Source: Styela clava
Lineage: Eukaryota
Direction of reading: 5' to 3'
Assembly (NCBI RefSeq): GCF_964204865.1
Contig: NC_135253.1
Span: forward strand, 16,616,001-16,680,000
DNA: 64,000 bases
The translations under genes were made by a program, and so were the position numbers. Under the pieces are notes generated by a model, which had not been told where the DNA came from, searched no databases, and worked only from the letters and a program-made list of their open reading frames with translations. Shown here in pieces: positions 40,049-54,078 of this stretch. The stretch's first letter is position 1; each line of letters starts with the position of its first letter.

Positions 40049-41510
40049 TTAATTACTGAACCATTTTGCTGCTTTAAACACACAAAGGTTGAACAGGAGT
40101 AGAGAGAACGAAAAAACTGTTGAAATCCCTCCAGACGTTGTGGTAGCAGCCGCAGTAGTAGTAGCAGTTACTACGCATGCCGCTTCCGAGGCTTCATAAC
40201 CAGATTTACATGCACATTTTCCTGTCGAGGTGTTGCATTCCGAGTTGGCGTCACCATTGGTTGTGCAGTCGGAGTTCGCTGCACATTCTCTGTCAACACA
40301 AGCTGTTGCCCCAGGGATCTGATTTACTGGACATGCGCATTGTAATGATACGCAGTAGAGAGTGCCGGATCCACAATCAGATGTGATTGTAGTTGCTGTG
40401 CAAGCTTTGGGTGTACACGATCCAGATGAAGCGTCGGCATCGGAAAGGAATCCACAGGTGCATCCGATGGTTCCAGATGAAGAACAATAAGAATGAGCTT
40501 CGTTGATAAAACAATCTCTGTCACCATTGGTGGTGCAGGTACGACGTTCACATGCGGAGAATGACGTATCAACAAAGTTATCTTTGCAGTTGCAAACGTC
40601 GGTCGTGGGAGCCGTATTGCAGTAAGTGTTGGGAGCCAGACCGGTACAGACACTATCAGCATTGCATGTCTTTTTTTCGCAACCAGTATCCGGAGTATCG
40701 GGCTTTAATATTAGACATAAAAAATAAATTAATTCTGTATCTTGTATCTGACCAATTTATTTGCAAAAATAATTTTCTTATCAACTGAAACTAATGCCAG
40801 CTAACACGATGATTATTTCTAGGCGTTTTGAAATAAAGTTTAATACAAAATCGGAAACAAATCCCGAATAACTCTTCAGTTTGCAATCTGCATGACAAAA
40901 GATTCTCCAGTGATAAGCTTATCTCAGTTTTGGTATTACTCGAGGTGAATGAAAATAAATTATATCTTTCATTGAATCTTAATTTTTTTTTTAGTTTTAA
41001 TCATTAGCAAAAGCTCACGCACATATTTTGATAATTTGAGTTCTCAATTACTTTTTGATAATCCTTACCGTATAATTGACATTACACACGCAAACAGGAG
41101 GAGTAGCAGAGTCACACTTATCTGCGTTTGGTTCGCCTGTACATGTACCAGCTGCGCCTGAGCAAGTTCCGTCCAATGCACTCAGACCTGTTATAAAAAA
41201 AAACTTGCCTTGTCGTCTAGTTCCTAATTTTATTGTTAAGTTAAAACGTTATCGACCTATATTTTAGTCGTTTCTTCAATTTCACGATTCAGTTAAATGA
41301 CGGGCTTGTTTTGGAATTTTTTCTGCATCTACTATTTTAAATCAATTTTTAGAGTAAATAAATATAGTTTGGTAAAGAAGAAATTGAAAAATAAAAAAAT
41401 TTGTCGCAAAAAACGATGTTTTTTTAAATCTATCTAGTGTAAAGTGATAACTATACTTCACCTCCTCTTGTCATGAACAAAACACACAGCATAGAAACCA
41501 AAACCCTCAT
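40049..41510 (-). CDS. Tandem family copy B, ~273 aa
   Basis: Exons 41510-41462, 41187-41069, 40702-40049, frame intact. The exon-3 acceptor is AAG instead of CAG. Missing from the ORF track because exon 3 has no suitable start codon. Confidence 0.82.
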
Positions 41511-42635
41511 TTTAATTGTTGTTACGATTGATGAATATTTGAATTTTCGTCGATTTATGCTGTAATATTTGAAACAGAAATTTAGTATTATGGATTATTA
41601 ACAAAGAAATTCCCCGTCCTGTCTACCTCGCGAAAATTTCAACGGAGCCAATTTTTATAAAATGTTTTTTTAAATTACTTTGTGATGGTTAATTAGTTTT
41701 CAGCAATACTGTCGTTATTTATATTAATAACAAATTAATAGCATTTATTTTTGGATGTTTCAGAATTCATCTTCGACCAAGGCAGTGGTTAAGCAGCCCC
41801 TAGTAAATACATAGCTATCATGCTATGGCGAACAGGATCTTTCTAACTCGGCATTGCCCTACCACGTCATTAAAACAGTAAATATATTTATTGTCTTAAT
41901 GTTTAATTTTTTTAAGAGTATAAGAACAAAAATAATCCAGATGTAACGAGTCGCGTAAACTGCCGGTTCTTAATCGACGGCAAAAAACACAGTCAGACAA
42001 TGGAAATTTTCGTGTCAACTTCCTTTTTCGTCTGATTAAGTTATGGTAGATAAACTATTCTATATATTGTTTACATAAAAAGCATATGTTTATAAATCAA
42101 TTAAATTGGATTCCCAAACAAAAATCCGTTTCAAAACCGGTTCGCTTACAGTTTACACTATGTATCTACAAATTCCAACTTTCTTAAGACGACATCATAT
42201 GACTATTCCTGCATTGAGTATGGCTAAGTTACCATTGCTCATTGAGTATATTCAAGACATATTGGGATACGAATAACTATACGAATTTTAGCATGAGAAC
42301 GACGAACAGTAAGAAAGTATATTGATTGAAAAAATTATTAGACTCACCTAGTCTCGCAATGTTATTCAACAGGTAAATATCTTCAACCGAATGCTTCATT
42401 TAATGATAGTTTGCAGTTTTTATACTGAATCACCGCAGAAAAAGATTCCTTTGGATGAATGAAAGAGAATACTATTTGTATGAGGGCTAGCGACTTTCGG
42501 TTATAACAAAAGCACTCTTTCCGATATGTTAACCCGTTTGGTTCCAATACCTACTTAACATGTCGTCAACGACATTTTCGTCTTTTGATTATGAGCAATG
42601 AATTCTCTCATATTATTATCGCAAGCAATATGAAC

Positions 42636-44195
42636 TAGAGATGTACCGATGTATCGGTATCGGCAATATCGGCTATTTTTTCGTTATCGTTCATGTATCG
42701 GTATCGGCTGAATTAATATCGATATTTCCGATATTTTTACCTTTTTGATATGATTCAGAATGTTTCAAAAGATAAGTTTAAATATCACTTTTTAATTAAT
42801 TTTTTGCCTGGAGAGATCGTGAACTATGAGCCATGCATGTCTACACCCCCGCGAGTGGTAACAGGAATAGGATTCACCTGTTTCTAAATATTTACTAGCA
42901 GAACTAGCTGATCTAATCTGGCTATTTTCGCTGCCAAATTTATATATTGACATTTTTAATATACATAATACATATTAATTATGAAGAAATATATTAACAC
43001 AGCACAGAAAAGAGAGCAACTAGGCGCCCAGTTTTAAATCATACAGTGGAATCGGAGTCCTTTTACACAGCACATGCACATTCCGGCACGGTTATAAATC
43101 CTGACTGTTTATCGTCAAGCGCGACTGTCATTCAGTCCGTCGACGTCGTTAAACTAAATTTTTGACACAATTATCCCCTACGCAGGTATTATATATTGTG
43201 TTATATTAATTTTAATTTTCTCTGAATACACAATTTCTTTATAGATATTCTGATGTGGCCGCCAAGTATTATAGGTTATTCCAGTCTACGCTGATTGATA
43301 TCCTTTCATTTTAGCTGTAATTTATTGACGCGGCGATCACGATTAAATACAAAATGAAATATTTGCATCTTTTCGATATTCTTTTAAACACGAAAAACGA
43401 TATTCGAAGGTCGCAATATTAATACTAGAGCTGCGTGCAGCTTTAACAGGCTTCCCGCCAAAAAAAAACTGAAGACGCGTTTTGCTCACTGGAGCGTGAA
43501 AGCGTGGTCAGTCATGCATAAAATTTGCAGTTTACGATGGGGGACTTATTATCTGCATGTGATGTAAATTTCAAGTCTCTAAGTAGTGTCGTTCTCGAGA
43601 AGAAGATGAAAATGTAAAATCCTATATTGCTCACTGGAGCGTATCGCCGAGGTCACTCATGCGTATCCTTGATATGTCGTATCCGGAACATGTCCATTGA
43701 TCATTGTTATGAATTTCAACCCAATAGCATGTATCAATTTTGAGAAATCGCAAAAAAAAACTGAAAACGCGTTTTGTTCACTGGAGCGTGAAAACTTTTT
43801 CAGTCATGCATAAAATTTGCAATTTATGATGGGGGACTTATTATCTGCTCTTGATGTAAATTTCAAGTCTCTAAGTAGTGTCGTTCTCGAGAAGAAGATG
43901 AAAATGTAAAATCCTATATTGATCACTGCAGCGTATCGCCGAGGTCACTCATGCGTATCCTTGATATGTCGTATCCGGAACATGTCCATTAATCATTGTT
44001 ATGAATTGCAACCCAATAACATGTATCAATTTTGAGAAATCGCAAAAAAACTGAAAACGCGTTTTGCTCACTGGAGCGTGAAAGCGTGGTCAGTCATGCA
44101 TAAAATTTGCATTTTATTGCTAGCTGAGAACTTCTGCACATTTGAGGTGAATTTCAAGTTTGTAAGATCAATTTGAAAAAAAAATAATAAAAATA

Positions 44196-44228
<33 letters not shown>

Positions 44229-44638
44229 ATAATAATAATAAAACACAGGAATACAATAGGTTCCCTGCTGACAAGCAGCGGGAAGCCTAATTAAATTGGA
44301 ATTGGACATCCCGGCTTATGAGTTTTCTAATTGGACACCGAGATTACTAGCGTCAGCGTACAATGCATCCAAATCAATTAATGCATCTGGATACCAAACA
44401 TCAATTTCATATTATGTGATATATCTCTTTTTCAATTTGAAATAATGTGTACTATAAATAACGCTCAAAGATCATTGTTTTGACCCGTCTGCCCTACACA
44501 GCACACTTAATTAAGGTAATAATTACATAGATAGTATTGGTATCGGAATATCGACAATATCGGCCTTTTTTGTAATATCGGCGTTTTACTCGGTATCGGA
44601 TCGGTATCGGCGACAAAAGTGTTGTCGGTACATCTCTA
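42636..44638. mobile_element. Non-autonomous hAT element, 2003 bp
   Basis: Perfect 14-bp TIR TAGAGATGTACCGA, perfect 8-bp TSD ATATGAAC, subterminal TATCGG repeats. Absent from the other units. Confidence 0.92.
43424..44290 (-). mobile_element. Helentron/HINE-like element nested in the hAT element, with a ~291-bp internal tandem repeat
   Basis: Subterminal IR AGGCTTCCCGC / GCGGGAAGCCT, (TTA)n microsatellite, 3-prime hairpin AGCTGCACGCAGCT followed by CTAG. Unit starts at 43469, 43761 and 44051. Confidence 0.8.
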
Positions 44639-45249
44639 ATATGAACTAAATCCGTGTAACTTTATGGGTTTTCAATATTTTAGCATATCATACATTTATA
44701 CAATTCACAGTTTGTTAAATTATTCATATTAGGTCGAACGTTTATGCATAAAATAATATTATCGCATAATATCAAATGAGATCAATTGTTTGACAATATC
44801 GCTTCGAAATGGCGACGTTCACACGACCGAAATTGCTCACAAACAAGGATTTCATTTACTCTCCTTCGAGAAGATTAAATTTAATGCAGGCGTTTTGGAC
44901 AGTTGTTTCATGTGCTACGTGTTGTCATTCGGTTGCCATTCAACTCTAGCGTCAGAATACCGAGTCTGTAATGGAATATTGTAATGGTTAGCAGATGAAC
45001 TCGATACGCGCGATAATACTTGTTAGATATTAGTCCTTTTATGAAATACCACTTACGACTGTTGTTATTCAAACGAGATAACGGTCGTAGGGAAAAATAA
45101 ATGAAACGCTGGGATTTAGGTGGGTGCGATATTATGTTGTACTGAAATGCTGAATTTCCTTTTAACAGTTAGTGTGTTAGAATGGAGTATTTATTATTAT
45201 AATTTACACTTCTGTATCTCGTATGTTCTACTTTTATCGTAATATAAAT

Positions 45250-45359
45250 GAAACTCCCGGAGTATGTGTACCAAGATGACGCACAACCTGAACACAGTAT
45301 GTGTACCAAGTGAGGGTTTAGGTTGTGCGCCACCTTGATACACGTACTTCGGGAGCGCC
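45250..45359. mobile_element. 110-bp Merlin-like MITE (upstream of B)
   Basis: CTCCCGGAGTATGTGTACCAAG / CTTGATACACGTACTTCGGGAG TIR, 8-bp TSD ATATAAAT. Empty site upstream of A at ~37485. Confidence 0.7.
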
Positions 45360-46803
45360 ATATAAATATGCCAAAAGCTATTTTGTACAAACTTTGACCT
45401 CATAATTTGAAATAAAATGTTGACGTGAGCATTTCGGCATTTGATGTAAGTTTGTTTTTGGAATCATTATAATATAAAATTCTGTCAAAAATCATGTTTA
45501 GCACACATTTGGAACAACAACATATGAGTGTCTTCTATGGTGAACGTATAAGCTATAATGAGCTAGGAATTTCCAAGCGCATGCGACAGTCACCATACTT
45601 TTCCAACTAGTCACTGCTTCACTGCTGCTCGACGTATCATGTGATACGAAATCCCAGCATATGTTTCCTATTGCTATCTGATGGATCTAATGCATTTGAG
45701 CCAAGAGACTTTGTCTTAAGCCAATATTATAGAAGAGTTGGCGTATTTTAGCTACAAATCATATGCTGCTGAACTTAAATCTGATATTTCTTCTGGGGTG
45801 GATGGCTATGTTGAGTTTCGTTTAATTCAAGACCAGCACTGGCAATCGGTGTCCAGTTGACTTCATATAGAGAAACTTGCAATATGAAAAGTAGTTGTTG
45901 TTAATGTTTTTAAAATTTTTATTCTTAAAATTATTTGAATACGTTAGTTAAAATGTAACGTTCTCTTAAGTGTCCAGTACTAGTATCGGAGTATGCACCG
46001 GTTAATTTTTTTTCAAACTTTCTGATTGGAGCTGAAATTCATAATGGGCAGAAGTTAAGTAAAATTTCTGTAGCAAAATTTTCTGCGGTACAAACTTTCT
46101 ACGCAAATTTTTTTCAACGGAGTGAAAATTTCAAGCGATACCAACTAATATTTTCTATTTTTCGTAGACTATTATCTAAATTGTATGGATTTGAAGTTGC
46201 AGTCAATTTTATTTTACACGGCGTGCAATCTTTGAGATAATAAACATTCGAATGTAGCAAGTAGAGTCGAGTTTTGAATAATTCGTAGAAGTATAGAAGT
46301 TCCAGACACTTCTTGGAATCTATCTGTAAGCAACACCTGGGGGAAATTTACGAGTAAGCTTTTCAATCTGAAAAGAATATTCTACTTCAGACTCTCGTTT
46401 TGCAATAAGCGTTAGTTAATAAGCAAAAGTTCTGCATTTTTAATTTGTGGATTCGTCTCACCGCCAAATCTCAACATAAAAGTTGTTAACTTTGATATTG
46501 GCTGCGTATTTATTTTTTTCATAAACTAGATTACGGAAAATAAACTCTGTATATTGTTTCAACTTTTTTTTTTATTAATTGAAGCTGCCATAAAACTTTA
46601 TACTTGAAATGGGATCAGGAAAGATTCCATCAAATCTTTTCCAAGCATTAGTTACTACGACAATCGTATAAAATATAGTATATATTGTATTTTCCTAGCA
46701 AGTTGAACGAATATTTATCTGAAAATATTATTAATAAAATTGCCAAACTCGTTGAAAAATTACTGATTTGAATATATATTTCAGCACACTATAACGTTAA
46801 CTA

Positions 46804-48263
46804 TTAATTACTGAACCATTTTGCTGCTTTATATACACCAAGGTTAAAAAGAAGTAGAGGGAAAGAAAAAACTGTTGAAATCCCTCCAGACGTTGCAGTA
46901 GTTGTAGTTGCTGTAGTAGTTGTAGTAGTGGATGCTACGCATGCCGCTTCCGAGGCTTCATAACCAGATTTACATGCACATTTTCCTGTCGAGGTGTTGC
47001 ATTCCGAGTTGGCGTCACCATTGGTTGTGCAGTCGGAGGTCGCTGCACATGCTCTCTCAACACAAGCTGTTTCCCCAGGGATCTGATTTACTGGACATGC
47101 GCACTGTGATGATACGCAGTAGAGAGTGCCGGATCCACAAGTAGATGTGATTGTAGCTGTTGTGCAAGTTTTGGGTGTACACGATCCAGATGAAGCGTCG
47201 GCATCGGAAAGGAATCCACAGGTGCATCCAGTTGTAGCACAATAAGAATGAGCTTCGTTGATAAAACAATCTCTGTCACCATTGGCGCAGCTACGACGTT
47301 CACAGGCAGTGTGTGACGTATCAACAAAGTTATCTTTGCAGTTGCAAACGTCGGTCGTGGGAGCCGTATTGCAGTAAGTGTTGGGAGCCAGAGTAGTGCA
47401 GACACTGTCAGCATTGCATGTCTTTGCTTCGCAGGCATCATTCGGGGTATTGGGCTGTAAAATTTGACATGAAAAATAAATTAATTCTGTATCTTATAAC
47501 TTCATTTGCGAAATAGTTTTGGTCAACTGGATCTAATGCCAGCTAACACTATAGCTATTTCTATGGGTTTGACATGAAGTTGTGTTGGAAAATCTGTTGT
47601 ACATCACTTTAATACAAAAATCGAAAACATAATATGTTAAATAGCTCTTCAGTTTGCAATCTGCATGATAAAAGATTCTCCGGTAATAAGCTTACTTCAG
47701 TTTTGGTATTACTCGAGGTGAATGAAAATAAATTATATCTTTCATTATATCTTGAATTTTATTGTTTAAGCTGAGTCCATTAGCAAAAGCTCACATGAAT
47801 ATTTGGATAATTTGAGTGCTCAAGTACTTTTTGATTATTCTTACCGTATAATTGACATCACACACGCAAAGTGCAGGAGCAGGGCTGCACGTATTTGCGT
47901 TTGGTTCTCCTGTACATGCACCGCCTGTGCAAGCGCTCAATTGACTCAGACCTGTTAAAAAAAAAACTTGCCTTGCCGTCTGGTTCTTAATTTTATTGTT
48001 AATTTAAAACGTTATCCACCTATAATTTAGACGTTTTTCCAATTTCACGATTCAGTTGAATGATAGGCTTGTTTTAGGAATTTGTCTGCATCTACTCTTT
48101 TAAAATTTAATCAATTTTTAGAGTAAATAAATGTAGTTTAATCAAAAAAAAAAATGTCGCAAAGTACGACGTTTTTATAAATTTATCTAGTGTAAAGTAA
48201 TTACTATACTTCACCTCCTCTTGTCACGAACAAAACACACAGCATAGAAACCAGAACCCTCAT
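46804..48263 (-). CDS. Tandem family copy C, ~268 aa
   Basis: Exons 48263-48215, 47951-47845, 47454-46804. In-frame deletions in modules 1 and 3. Confidence 0.86.
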
Positions 48264-49921
48264 TTTAATTGTTGTTAAGATTAATGAATCTTCGAATATT
48301 CGTCGATTTATTCTGTAATATTCGAAACAGAAATTTAGTATTATGGGTTATTAACAAAGAAATTCCCCGTCCTGTCTCCCTCACGAAAATTTCGACGAAG
48401 CCTATTTCTATCATATCCTCGCGCGATTAACTTTTTAAAATTACTTTGATAAATAATTAGTTTTCAGGGTTAGTTCATTTATTTTTGTTTATAATAATAA
48501 AAAATTAATAGCATTTATTTTGAATGTTTCAGAATTCATTTTCGACCAAGGCATTGGTTAAGCAGCCCCTGATAAATACATGGCTATCATGCTATGGCGA
48601 ACAGGATCTTTCTAACTCGGCATTGCCCTACCATGTTATCAAACAGTAGATATATTTATTGTCTTAATCCTAGCGTAAACTGCCGGTTCGTAATCAGCGG
48701 CAAAAAACACAGTCAGACAATGGAAATGTTCATGTCAACCTCATTTTTTTTCCGATGAAGTTATGGTAAATAAACAATTTTATATATTGTTTACACAAAT
48801 TGGATTCCCAAACAAAAATCCGTTTCAAAACCGGTTCGCCTACAGTTTACACCATGTATCTACAAAATCCAACTTTCTTAAGACAACATCATATGACTAT
48901 TCCTGCATTGGTTCGAGTTACCATTGCTCATTGGGTATATTCAAGACATATTGGGTTACAAATAACTATACGAATTTTAGCATGAGAACGACGAACGGTA
49001 AGAAAGTATATTGATTGAAAAAATCATTAGACTCACCCAATCTCGCAACGTTATTCAACAGGTAAATATCTTCAACCGAATGCTTCATTTGATGATAGTT
49101 TGCAGTTTTTATACTGAATCACCGCAGAAAAAGATTTCTTTGCTTGAATGAAAGAGAATACTATTTGTTTGGGGACTAGCGAACTTCGCTTATAACAAAA
49201 GCACTCTTTCCGATATGTTATTGGTTGCAATACCTAATTTACATGTCGTCAACGACATTTTCGTCTTTTGATTAAGGACAATGAATTCTTTCATATTATT
49301 ACCACAAGCCATATCAACCAAGTCCGTGTAACTTTTGGGGTTTTCAGTATTTTAGCATCAAATATTTATACAATTCACAGTTTGTTAAATTATTCATATT
49401 AGGTCGAACGTTTATGCATAAAATGATATTATCGCATAATATCACAAATGAGATCAATTGTTTCACAATATCGCTTCAAAATGGCGACGTTCACACGATC
49501 GAGGTTGTTACTAAACAAGGATTTCATTAACTCTCCTTCGAGAAGATTAAATTTAATGCAAGCGTTTTTGACAGTTGTTTCATATGCTAGGTGTTGTTAT
49601 TCGGTTGCCATTCAATTTCCAGCGTCAGAATACCGAGTCTGTAATGGAATATTGTAATGGTTAGCAGATGAACACGATACGCGCGATAATACTTGTTGGA
49701 TATTAGTCCTTTTATGAAATACCACTTACGACTGTTGTTATTCAAACGGTTAACGGTCGTAGGGAAAAATAAATAAAACGCTGGGATTTAGGTGGGTGCG
49801 ATATTATGTTGTACTGAAATGCTGAATTTCCTTTCAACATTTAGTGTGTTAGAATGGAGTATTTATTATTATAATTTACACTTCTGTATCTCGTATGTTC
49901 TATTTTTATGGTAATATATAT

Positions 49922-50031
49922 GGCGCTCCCGGAGTATGTGTACCAAGATGACGCACAACCTGAACATAGTATGTGTACCAGGTGAGGGTTCAGGTTGCGC
50001 GCTACTTTGGTACACATACTTCGGGAGCGCC
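49922..50031. mobile_element. 110-bp Merlin-like MITE (upstream of C)
   Basis: GGCGCTCCCG..GTATGTGTACCAA / TTGGTACACATAC..CGGGAGCGCC. Same insertion site as the 45250 and 59900 copies. Confidence 0.7.
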
Positions 50032-51689
50032 ATAAAAATATGCCTTTTGCAAGCTATTTTGTACACACTTTGACCTCATACTTTGAAATAAAATGTTGAC
50101 GTGAGCATCTCGGCATCTGACGTAAGTTTGTTTTGGGGATCATTATAATATAAAACTAAGTCAAAAAGAGTCATATGAGTGTCTATTATGGTGAACGTAT
50201 AAGCCATAATGAGCTAGAAATTTCCAAGCGCATGCGACAGTCACCATACTTTTCCAACTAGTTATTTGTCTATTGCTGAAGGCGTTCACTTTGCATCTGT
50301 TTAAAGCTCTAAGATACAATACCAAGGTCTCAACAAGCCGTTTCATTTGGGGTCCGTTTCTAAAGAAATACATGTGTTGCACAAGCTACAAACTGGACTC
50401 CAGACAAGTAGTCGATGTGATGTACAACCCATTTGAACACGTTATATTGTTTGGGTGGTTTTGTATTCAAGTTGTTGCCTGGACAGGATCCTGCCATATA
50501 AATTTGATATTTTATTAAAATAAAACGCATTGCGGTATAATTTTGTAAAAGTTGTCAACTGATGCCAATTATGATGATCTAATGAATTTGAGCCATGATA
50601 CTTTGCCAATATCAGAAGAGTGGGCGTATCTTAGCTACAAATCCTACTCTGTTGAGCTTAAATCAGATATTTCTACTGGGATGGTTGGCTATGTTGAGTT
50701 TCGCTTTATTCGAGAATAGCACTGGCTATCGGTGTCCAGTTGACTTCATATAGAGAAACTTGCAATATGAAAAGTGGTTGTTGCTAATGTTTTTAAAATT
50801 TTTATTCTTGGAATTATTTGAATACGTTAGTTAAAATGTAACGTTCTTTTTAGTGTCCAGTATTAGCATCGGAGTATGCACCGGCTTATTTTTTTTCAAA
50901 CTTTCTGATTGGAGCTGAAATTCTTAATGAGCAGAAGTTAAGTAAAATTTCTGTAGCAAAATTTCCTGCGGTACAAACTTTCTACGCAAATTTTTTTCAA
51001 TGGAGTAGAAATTTCAAGCGATACCAACTAATATTTTCTATTTTTCGTAGTCTATTATCTAGCTAGATTGTATGGATTTGAAGTTGCAGTCAAATTTATT
51101 TTACACGGCGTGCAATCTTTGAGACAATGAACATTCGAATGTAGCAAGTAGAGTCGAGTTTTGAATAATTCGTAGAAGTATAGAAGTTCCAGACACTTCT
51201 TGGAATCTATCTGTAAGCAACACCTGGGGGAAATTTACGAGTAAACTTTTCACTCTGAAAAGACTATTCTACTTCAAACTCTCGTTTTGCAATAAGCGTT
51301 AGTTAATAAGCAAAAGTTCTGCATTTTTAATTTGCGGATTCGTCTCACCGCAAAATCTCAACATAAAAGTTGTTAACTTTGATATTGGCTGCGTATTTAT
51401 TTTTTTCATAAACTAGATTACGGAAAAAAAACTCTGTATATTGTTTCAACTTTTTTTTTATTAATTGAAGCTGCCATAAAACTTTATACTTGAAATGGGA
51501 TCAGGAAAGATTCCATCAAATCTTTTCCAAGCATTAGTTACTACTAAAATCGTATAAAATAAAGTATATATTGTATTTTCCTAGCAAGTTGAACAAATAT
51601 TCATCTGAAAATATTATTAATAAAATTGCCAAACTCATTGAAAAATTACTGATTTGAATATATATTTCAGCACGCTGTAACGTTAATTA

Positions 51690-53228
51690 TCAATTACTGA
51701 ACCATTTTGCTGCTTTAAACACACAATAGTTGAAAAGAAGTAGAGGGAACGAAAAAACTGTTGAAATTCCTCCACACGTTGCAGTAGTTGTAGTTGCTGT
51801 AGTAGTAGTAGTTGTAGTAGTGGATGCTACGCATGCTGCTTCCGAGGCTTCATAACCAGATTTACATGCACATTTCCCTGTTGAGGTGTTGCATTCCGAA
51901 TTGGCGTCACCATTAGTTGTGCAGTCGGAGGTCGCTGCACATGTTCTGTCAACACAAGCTGTTGCCCCAGCGATCTGATTTGCTGGGCATGCGCACACTG
52001 ATGATACACAGTAGAGAGTGCCGGATCCACAAGCAGATGCGATTGTTGATGTTGTGCATGCTTTGGCTGTACACGATCCAGATGAGCCGTCGGTAGTGGA
52101 AAGAAATCCACAGGCGCATCCGATGGTTCCAGATGAAGAACAATATGAATTAGCTTCGTTTACAACACAATCTCTGTCACCATTGGCGCAGGTTCGACGT
52201 ACACAGGCAGCGTTTGACGTATCGACAAAGTTTGCCTTGCAGTTGCAAACGTCGGTCGTGGGAGCCGTATTGCAGTAACTGTTGGTATCGGAAGGGGTGC
52301 AGTCACCATCACCACTAGCGCATGTCCTTGCTGTGCAGTCAGTATTCGGGGTAGCAGGCTGTAAAATTAGTCATGAAAAATAAATCAATTCTGTATCTTG
52401 TAACTTCATTTGCGAGATAGTTTTGGTATCAACTCGAACTAATGCCAGCTAACACAATGATTATTTCTAGGCGTTTTAACGGAAACAAATTTTAAATAGC
52501 TCTTCAGTTTGCAATCTGCATGATAAAAGATTCTCCGGTGATAAGCTTACTTCAGTTTTGGTTTTACTCGAGGTGAATAAAAATAAATTATATATTTTAA
52601 TATATCTTGAATTTTTTAGTTTTAATCGAATACTTATTCTTTATCCTTACCATATAATTGACATTACACACGCAAAGTGGAGGAGTAGAAGAGTCGCACA
52701 AAGCTGCGTTTGGTTCGCCTGTACATGTACCACCTGCGCCTGAGCAAGTTCCGTCCAATTGACTTAGACCTATTAGTTACAAAAAAATGCCGTCTTTTTT
52801 TATGAATTTATTGTTAATTCGTTATTTTTCAAATTAAAATTTACTACACGATCTGCCAACCGAATCTTTTGACTGCAGACTGAAGTACAAAATTGTTTGA
52901 AAACATTTTAATTTTACTCAAATATTTTTTTCATAAATGATTCGTACAATATTGAATTTTACGACTCAATTATTTTAGGTTTGTGTTTATTTTGGCATTT
53001 CGTCTACATCTGCTATTTTAAAAACTTGTTCAATATTTTGAATCAATAAATGTAGTTTATAAAGGAGAAAACAGGTCAGATGAAATTTTTGCAATCTCAT
53101 TTACATAAAAAATATTTTTATAAATGAATTTAGTGTAAACTAGCTACGAGAATTTTTTTTCAATATTGAAATACTTCACCTCCTCTTGCCATGAGCAAAA
53201 CACACACGATTGAAATCAAAATCTTCAT
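51690..53228 (-). CDS. Tandem family copy D (type-II leader), ~278 aa
   Basis: Exons 53228-53180 (MKILISIVCVLLMARG), 52769-52651, 52358-51690, frame intact. Confidence 0.87.
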
Positions 53229-53880
53229 TCTCTTCGTTTTCGTTTTATTTCTGGATTAAAATTACTCGAGTGCTAGCTGGTTTATTCTGCAAGTACTAAA
53301 TTTAAAATATGTATTAAACTTAAATTGAGTTTTAAAAATTATAAACCTTGAATAGTGATTTTTTGGGGGGATTGCGGGTACTTTATGGAAAAACCTAACA
53401 AAAAACGTAAAGCTCTAGTAATAATACTCTTCGCCCACAATATTATAAAGCAATACTTATTTGATCAAATGCAAAATAAATTGTGGCGCTTATGGCAGCT
53501 AATATTTGCATCTCTTAGTTAGTAATAAAACTTTTTTCATATTTTATGTCGGTTTAAAAATGCCCTCTGAATTGGATATATTGTTGTCAAATTTTTCAGA
53601 TGACAAATAAACGTTTATCAGCGGTATCAGCGGTTTCCAAGCATTTCATACGCAATCTCTTCATAATGGTTTTAAATAGCTTTACTGTTCCGAAAAGATC
53701 AACAATTGATAAGTCAGTATTAGCAAATATGACATTGTTATCTATGACTTGGGCAATATACCAATTGAATCTTACTGGAGAACTTCTGCACCACAACATA
53801 ATATAATACATAACTATATTTATGTTCCATCGGCTCGCTATGTCTGTTGTACTATAGTCTTACAAATATGGTACGGTTCG

Positions 53881-54078
53881 CAACCGTTATATATACTCAT
53901 ATTCGCGTTGATAACTATGGTAAAAAAAAACTGTTATTCCTATTCCCTTCTAATGTTTTTCTTATTTTTTCGTGCGTTTTCAACCGTTATATATACTCGT
54001 ATTCGCGTTAATAACTATGGTAGAAAAAGATTATTATTCTTATTTCCTTAGAATGTTTCTCTTATTTTTTCGTGTGTT
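53881..54078. repeat. ~100-bp tandem duplication
   Basis: CAACCGTTATATATACTC.TATTCGCGTT.ATAACTATGGTA...TTCTTATTTTTTCGTG occurs twice. Confidence 0.8.

Noticed and set aside
44068-44274. Hydrophobic poly-Tyr/Leu ORF
   Set aside because: Translation of the (TTA)n microsatellite in the HINE-like element.
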